A stretch of 64,000 bases of DNA from Pirellulales bacterium (GTDB lineage Bacteria; Planctomycetota; Planctomycetia; Pirellulales; JACPPG01), in the NCBI GenBank assembly GCA_036499395.1, contig DASYDW010000063.1:5911-69910 (forward strand), in the 5' to 3' direction. Made by a program: the position numbers and the translations under genes. Shown here piece after piece: positions 58,858 through 64,000 of this stretch; within the stretch, counting starts at the first letter, position 1; every line of letters begins with the position of its first letter. The notes beneath the pieces are model-generated. The model was not told where the DNA came from. It saw nothing but the letters and a program-made list of their open reading frames with translations, and did not search any database.

Positions 58858-58955
58858 TTGGAAAGCATGGGCCGTCTCACGGGACGTATTTCGGAACAGT
58901 TGTTGGAATTCGACGGTTAGTATCAATCGCCGCACGGCAAGGGTCAACGATTCAT
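58858..58955 (-). repeat. 98-bp promoter/leader/start-codon cassette, copy B (upstream of the decayed dockerin gene)
   Basis: Same TTGACC (58942-58947), 17-nt spacer and GATACT (58919-58924) as copy A. Similarity to copy A ends abruptly on both sides. Confidence 0.85.
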
Positions 58956-59107
58956 TGCCAGCATCGAGACATCCCAAACCCAACACGTCTTATCCCTTAT
59001 CAGCATGTTCCCGGTGATCGATCATGTACGGTACGATGAAGGCGGCCGTCCGCTCGTTCGAAGGCACTCGTCCGCATGGAAACATTTTTCTGTAAGAGGA
59101 ATTCCAT

Positions 59108-59719
59108 ATGCGTAGGTCGATAATCCTGTTCCTAGGGCTTGGCATGATGGCGACACTGCTGCCGCGTTCATTGGCGGTCGCGGGCGAGAAGGATCGGCCC
59201 CGCGTTTCCGACTTCAAGGTCGTCACATTTGGGACGGACGAGGCCGCGAATATCGAACGATTGGCTGAATTGGCGGCTGACGGATGGGAGTACGTCGGAC
59301 CACTCAATCCTGGAACGGTTGCCTTTCGCAAAGTTGCCACGAAGGCCGCGGCCAGGGACATGGCCAAATTGTCAGGCGTCTGGATCAATGTCTACACCGA
59401 ACAAAATGGAATCCGTGACACCCCCGACTCTCGGCATGTCTTCGTCGGCAACCGATATTTTGTGATCGACGGCGAGACCGTCACCGAGGACGGCACGTTC
59501 GTGATCGATGTTTCTGGGCCCGTCAACAAGATTGACTACAAGTGTGTTCGCGGAGCTTATGCAGGACTCACATGGCGCGGAGTGTACGAGTTGGACGGAA
59601 ATACGTTTCGACATTTCGGCCCCTGGGGAACCAATAACTGGAAGAACCGGCCCGTGGCCATGGCCACGCAAACCGATGCGACCACATTCCTGCGGGTTAT
59701 GAGACGTGAGGCGCCCTAG
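59108..59719 (+). CDS. secreted protein with Planctomycetes-type TIGR03067-like domain
   Basis: Signal peptide MRRSIILFLGLGMMATLLPRSLAVAG. The C-terminal half LSGVWINVYTEQNGIRD...GTFVIDVSGPVNKIDY...WRGVYELDGNTFRHF...RPVAM follows the TIGR03067 pattern (LxGxW ... GxYxLxGdxL ... RP). Confidence 0.65.
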   Translation: MRRSIILFLGLGMMATLLPRSLAVAGEKDRPRVSDFKVVTFGTDEAANIERLAELAADGWEYVGPLNPGTVAFRKVATKAAARDMAKLSGVWINVYTEQNGIRDTPDSRHVFVGNRYFVIDGETVTEDGTFVIDVSGPVNKIDYKCVRGAYAGLTWRGVYELDGNTFRHFGPWGTNNWKNRPVAMATQTDATTFLRVMRREAP

Positions 59720-60027
59720 CATAGGCCGAACAGTTCCGTGCATGGGATCGGAAATTCGCCCTAACGAGAGATGGGCGATTGAAGCAGATCTCGGACGGCG
59801 CGGCATTTTTCAACGGAATCTTTTCCACGCTGTCGAGAATGATCTGACTGCAGAGCGTGAACGCGCGACGGCCCTGCTGCACCGCACCGTCGAAATGGTT
59901 TGGCCGTGCAGCAAAGCGGGACCCGCTTCATCGGGGCGGCATGAAGCGCAGATCCCGAACGCCCGGCCTTCACGCTCAAAGTCTATTGGACAGAGAGTGC
60001 CGATTGCATCAACCAGAGGAGTTTTGC

Positions 60028-60321
60028 ATGAGCATTGCGGAGCACGAGACAGCGAACGCCGCGGCAATTGCGGTCGAGGAACTGGTCGATATCATCGAGA
60101 GGATCGAGCGGCTGGAAACGAAAAAAGCTTCGATCGGCGCGGATATACGCGACATCTACGTTGAGGCAAAAGGTGCCGGCTTTGACGTGAAGGCGCTCCG
60201 CGAGATTATCAAGATCCGCAAAATCGACGCCCACAAGCGCGAGGAACAAGAGACGGTGCTCGAGGTCTACAAACGGGCGCTGGGCATGGACTCGGATCTG
60301 GACGCGGAAGAAGCCGCGTAA
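60028..60321 (+). CDS. GapR-like DUF2312 (UPF0335) small DNA-binding protein
   Basis: AGAGGAG lies upstream of the ATG. 97 aa. ELVDIIERIERLETKKASIGADIRDIYVEAKGAGFDVKALREIIKIRKIDAHKREEQETVLEVYKRALG matches the DUF2312 hallmark (ERIERLE ... YAEAKGxGFDxKxLRxxxxxRK ... YxxALG). Confidence 0.8.
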   Translation: MSIAEHETANAAAIAVEELVDIIERIERLETKKASIGADIRDIYVEAKGAGFDVKALREIIKIRKIDAHKREEQETVLEVYKRALGMDSDLDAEEAA

Positions 60322-60431
60322 CTGACGAGCTTCCGCGTGACGTCTCGCCCACTCCTGACAACGGAGCGAGGCCCGATCAAGTAGCAAGACACTTCCCTGG
60401 CTCACCCTCCCATTTCGGCGGGGGGGGCATC

Positions 60432-60469
60432 AACCGCGATTTCGGCGTTATAGGCCGGACGCGGTTTTT
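60432..60469 (+). terminator. candidate intrinsic terminator after the GapR-like gene
   Basis: ACCGCG-att-tCGGC-gttatag-GCCGga-CGCGGT followed by TTTTTT (60464-60469). Confidence 0.5.
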
Positions 60470-60943
60470 TCATTTACGGTGAAAACTTTTGCGCGACGTC
60501 GAGTTCGAAGAGCGCGAACAACGTTCGTTGAGCCGCTCATCTGACAATTGACGGTCGTGTCTTAAAGCGATGTTTCCTTCGGGCGCGCGCGAATCTGCAC
60601 CAGTGACACGCCATCTGGCCGATTGTCATCGAATGGACGAATGAACTTGCCTACCAACCGATTAGCGCCCCAAGGCCCGTCACCTAATCCAAAGGCAGCC
60701 GTACACCCTCTAAAAACTCAGAGCACTGCCGAGGGCACAAAAGGACCCCAGCGTCATTAATTCGCATCCCAGTAAAGTTCCCCGAATACGACTGAACAAC
60801 AAAACAACTACTAATGAAACGACGCGATGCTTTTGGATATGTTCCATTACCGCGTGTCCGAAACTGGACTCGTACGCTGTCGGCGGCGATAATTTTTAAT
60901 CGAGGCGGTTCGGAGCAGAGAATTTGCGAACAGAGGCGAATCG

Positions 60944-63847
60944 ATGAAAGATTTTGCCGGGACATATACAAGGTTCGGAATCTGGCTGGCAGCGGCGTTG
61001 TGCGTCGTTGCTGCCTGGCACTCGCCAGGAGTGGCCGCGGAAGGAGAGCCGCAACTGAGCATGTCGCTCGTCTGTCTCAACGCGGAAGAGCCTGATACCA
61101 GCGGCATCGAGTCTAGCAGCAAGTTGTTCCTTCGCGAACTATTGCGGCAAGCCGTGCTCATGGCAGTCCGCGACGAGGTCGGCCAGGGGACGCGCGATCG
61201 CGTGCTGCGCGAAGACTTTCCCGACGGAGCGCAGGTCTTTGGTGTCAAAACATCGCACAACGAGTCGCGACATTGGCAAATGAAGATCCTCGCGCCCGGC
61301 AACGGCAACGATGTGCTATTCGAACGGCGTCTCGAAATTCCGCCCGCCGAGCCAGGCACGATCGACTACCTGGCGCATGTAGCCTTGGCCGAGGAACTGG
61401 TCCGCACCGACCTGAAGAAATTCTGGCAGCAACGATTTGCCGACGGCAAAGCGAACGGCACGGACGCAAGCAAAAATGTTCCGCCGGAAACTGCGCGCGA
61501 CGTCGAACAAATGAACTGCGTCTCGCAAATTTCAGCGCTACGCGACCTGCACGAATTACATCGCACGCAGGGCGAGTCGCCCGCGACGATGGCTGCCCTG
61601 ATTCGGGCCTACGCGCACCTGGGTCAACTGACGATGCTGCATTGGAACGCCTCGCATTGCGTTTACCAAACGCGCTCGCTGCTCTACGCCCAGCGGTGGT
61701 GCGCCCGTGAGCCGCGTTCGGCACTCGCGATTTGGCATCGCGCTTATGCGCTGGCCCTGGCGGGCTTGCATCAGCAGGCGCTATTGGATTTGAAGACGGC
61801 CGAGGAGCTCGCGAAAAACGCAGGCGATCCCAAGCAGGCTGCGCGCCCGGGCTGGGTGCCGATGATCGAGGGCCTTTGCCGGTACGACATTGATAGCCTG
61901 TACGAAGCCACGAAAAAGGACGGGCCATACATGCAGCTCGCTTGGCTGTGCACCTACCTGGCGGTCGAACCGGGCGCCGACGCCGAGAATGAACGTCTCA
62001 CCATCGGCTTCGAAGCGTTGAAGGGCGTGCCAGAATGCCTGCGGATCTCGGCCTCGATGTCGAGCACCGAGGGATACGACGCCAAGCACCGCGTGACCAA
62101 GCACGGTGTAAAGACCGTGACTTCGGCCTGGCGAACGCGACTCTTGGGCATGAACGGTTTGCCGGACGCGGTGCGACTAACGGCCGACAAGATTACGCCG
62201 GCCCCCGAGGATTACATCTTTGGCCGTGGGACCGATGTTCCAGGGCTATTCGCCGATGTGCGCCCCGTCGTCGAGGCGTGTGTTGCAGCCGGCGGCGCCG
62301 ATCGGGGCGAACCCTCGATGGCGGCCCTCGGTCGGCTGCTGGAAGACATGACGTTTCTCGAGGTTGCAAACCGTCAGGAGTTCTACGCCGTGGCCTGGGG
62401 ACACGGCCAACTTCCTGATCAGCATATTCAAGCGGCGCTCGATCTCTTTCCGCACCACCCGTACCGGGTTTTCTTCACGTTGGCAGCGATGCATCCCAAA
62501 AATGATGGCCAGAATTACTGGACGCCGCTGGCTGATCTCGATATCGTCGACGCGGATACGAGCCAACGACTGCTCATCGATCGCACTTGGACCAGCCCGT
62601 ACACCCAGCGAATTCAAGGGGCGAGGGCCGTTGATCGGGCACTCGCTCATGCCGACGACGCCGCGTACGCGCTCACGTTCTTTCTGCAGTTCGCCAAGGA
62701 TCATGGGCAGCAAGTCCAGCACGCCGAGACCTTGACGAAAGTCAGCCCCTACTGCCCGTTGGGCATGGCGACCCTGGTCCGCCTGGACTGGGACAAGTAC
62801 GCACAAGGAAAAGAAGCCGAACTTGAAAAGGAATACGCCGACCGGCCACTCGTGCTCGCCGCGCTCGCGCGACAATATCTCAATCGCAACCGGCCTGACG
62901 ATGCACAGCGCGCCCTCGAGGCTTACTTAAAGCTGTCGTCCGGTTGGTGGGCCTACGAAGCGCTGGCCAACATCTATTTGTCGCGTGGGGACGAAGAGCG
63001 TTGGCTATCCACGTTGCTCGCCAGCTTGAATCACGAAGACTTCTTCGGCATGCACGAAGAAGTGCAAGAGAAGCTGACGCGACATTACATGGCCAAAAAA
63101 GAATGGGAGAAAGCGCTCCCCTACGCGGACGCGGGCATTGAATTGGGCGCCGCGTGGGCCCTGGATTGCGCCATCACTTGCCATACAGAGCTGGAGCACT
63201 GGGAAGAAGCCGAGCAATATGCCCGTTTCCACCCGGGACGGATGGAACCCATGGGACCGCGTTGGTACGTTTGGTGCCGCATGACTGGCCATGGAAATCT
63301 GAAGGAAGCGCGCGCCGCGGTGTTTGAATACTACAAGCAACTCGAAGAGCGGGCCACTTCGCAAAACTGGATACCGATCGGCTTTTTCAAGTATGGCGAG
63401 AAGGACAAGGAGGGCGCGCTGAAGGCCTATCGAAATGCGATGAACTTGAGCAAGAGTCCGTTGGCGGCCCTGCTTTCGGCCCTCATTATGGATGAAGACC
63501 ATCGCGATGCCGAACGGGATGAGCTGCTAGCCGGCATCGCCAAGCTGACTCCTCCCGAGGAAAGTCGCAAAGTGATGGTGCGGCTGGCGGCGATCGTTCA
63601 GTCGTCCGTGGCGAATGGCCCGGAGCACAAGCTCGATATCGAGGCAATCGAGAATTTGGCAAATGTTTCGGAGGAAGATTCGCGCGACGAGATTTGCCTG
63701 GTGGCAGGCCAATACTTGGAAAATCGGGGCGAGCGGAAAAAAGCGATCGAGTATTATCGCCGCGCAGCGGCAATCACGGGCTGGAACTTTCCAAAGCTCG
63801 GCGCTGCCATGCGAATGTGGGAACTGGAGCAGCAGAAGGGGCACTAG
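60944..63847 (+). CDS. large secreted TPR/helical-repeat protein (unknown function)
   Basis: 967-codon ORF with signal-like FGIWLAAALCVVAAWHSPGVAA. The C-terminal two thirds have repeated helical A/L/Y/W-rich units typical of TPR/Sel1-like repeats (for example RALEAYLKLSSGWWAYEALANIYLSRGD, KKAIEYYRRAAAITG). Confidence 0.65.
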   Translation: MKDFAGTYTRFGIWLAAALCVVAAWHSPGVAAEGEPQLSMSLVCLNAEEPDTSGIESSSKLFLRELLRQAVLMAVRDEVGQGTRDRVLREDFPDGAQVFGVKTSHNESRHWQMKILAPGNGNDVLFERRLEIPPAEPGTIDYLAHVALAEELVRTDLKKFWQQRFADGKANGTDASKNVPPETARDVEQMNCVSQISALRDLHELHRTQGESPATMAALIRAYAHLGQLTMLHWNASHCVYQTRSLLYAQRWCAREPRSALAIWHRAYALALAGLHQQALLDLKTAEELAKNAGDPKQAARPGWVPMIEGLCRYDIDSLYEATKKDGPYMQLAWLCTYLAVEPGADAENERLTIGFEALKGVPECLRISASMSSTEGYDAKHRVTKHGVKTVTSAWRTRLLGMNGLPDAVRLTADKITPAPEDYIFGRGTDVPGLFADVRPVVEACVAAGGADRGEPSMAALGRLLEDMTFLEVANRQEFYAVAWGHGQLPDQHIQAALDLFPHHPYRVFFTLAAMHPKNDGQNYWTPLADLDIVDADTSQRLLIDRTWTSPYTQRIQGARAVDRALAHADDAAYALTFFLQFAKDHGQQVQHAETLTKVSPYCPLGMATLVRLDWDKYAQGKEAELEKEYADRPLVLAALARQYLNRNRPDDAQRALEAYLKLSSGWWAYEALANIYLSRGDEERWLSTLLASLNHEDFFGMHEEVQEKLTRHYMAKKEWEKALPYADAGIELGAAWALDCAITCHTELEHWEEAEQYARFHPGRMEPMGPRWYVWCRMTGHGNLKEARAAVFEYYKQLEERATSQNWIPIGFFKYGEKDKEGALKAYRNAMNLSKSPLAALLSALIMDEDHRDAERDELLAGIAKLTPPEESRKVMVRLAAIVQSSVANGPEHKLDIEAIENLANVSEEDSRDEICLVAGQYLENRGERKKAIEYYRRAAAITGWNFPKLGAAMRMWELEQQKGH

Positions 63848-63873
63848 ACGCGATTGCACTGCGCTCGCGCCGA

Positions 63874-64000
63874 TTAGCTCCCGTGCGCCTGCACGCTCTC
63901 GTAGGTGCGGGTGACGACGTTCGATTTCGAATTCGTCACCGCAATCTGATACAGATCCTGGCCGCAGGGCGTCGGATACTCACCCGTCAGGCAGGCCTGG
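63874..64000 (-). CDS. purF: C-terminal end of a probable amidophosphoribosyltransferase (partial, runs off the right edge)
   Basis: The minus frame reads ...QACLTGEYPTPCGQDLYQIAVTNSKSNVVTRTYESVQAHGS*. The ACxTGxYPT segment resembles the conserved PurF C-terminus. Only 41 codons are visible. Confidence 0.4.
   Translation of the reverse strand, partial: QACLTGEYPTPCGQDLYQIAVTNSKSNVVTRTYESVQAHGS

Noticed and set aside
61245-61928. 227-codon minus-strand ORF inside the TPR protein gene
   Set aside because: It is an antisense shadow ORF with Arg/Ala/Pro-rich composition and no start context.
1-64000. Search for CRISPR arrays, rRNA genes, intact IS elements and prophage blocks
   Set aside because: No regularly spaced direct repeats, no rRNA-like conserved stretches, and no transposase or integrase ORFs or terminal inverted repeats were seen. 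The only sizeable DNA repeat found by eye is the 98-bp cassette pair.

Overview
GC-rich bacterial chromosomal window. It is most consistent with a Planctomycetota (Pirellula-like) genome. This is an inference from a TIGR03067-type protein, dockerin plus PEP-CTERM gene remnants, a formylglycine-type sulfatase, very large ORFs and many weak or absent Shine-Dalgarno sites. Recognisable housekeeping or accessory genes: Kup K+ transporter, a 2947-codon cyclic beta-1,2-glucan synthase (Cgs/NdvB/ChvB type), GlgX debranching enzyme, a sigma-54 two-component pair (HK plus NtrC-like), a hybrid PAS histidine kinase, a PAPS-type sulfotransferase, an arylsulfatase, a Maa-type acetyltransferase, MFS and DMT transporters, and a GTPase/DUF697 protein. 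The most interesting locus lies at about 32.9-50.9 kb. It holds a single-module lipo-initiation NRPS with the order FAAL-T-C-A-T-E-T*(serine-less)-TE. An FtsX/MacB-type permease follows it on the same strand. A paralogous permease, one ABC ATPase and two secreted proteins of unknown function sit convergent to it. A 1.7-kb ORF-poor spacer and a 1126-aa orphan polytopic membrane protein lie divergent from it. Other notable items: a 98-bp promoter/leader/start-codon cassette present twice in direct orientation (52.5 and 58.9 kb); decayed dockerin/PEP-CTERM genes; a GapR/DUF2312-like small DNA-binding protein; a candidate sigma-54 promoter in front of a tandem-repeat secreted protein; and two clear gene remnants (a Gfo/Idh/MocA oxidoreductase and an acyl-CoA ligase). 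No rRNA, tRNA or CRISPR array was recognised. All calls come from reading motifs by eye, with no database searches.
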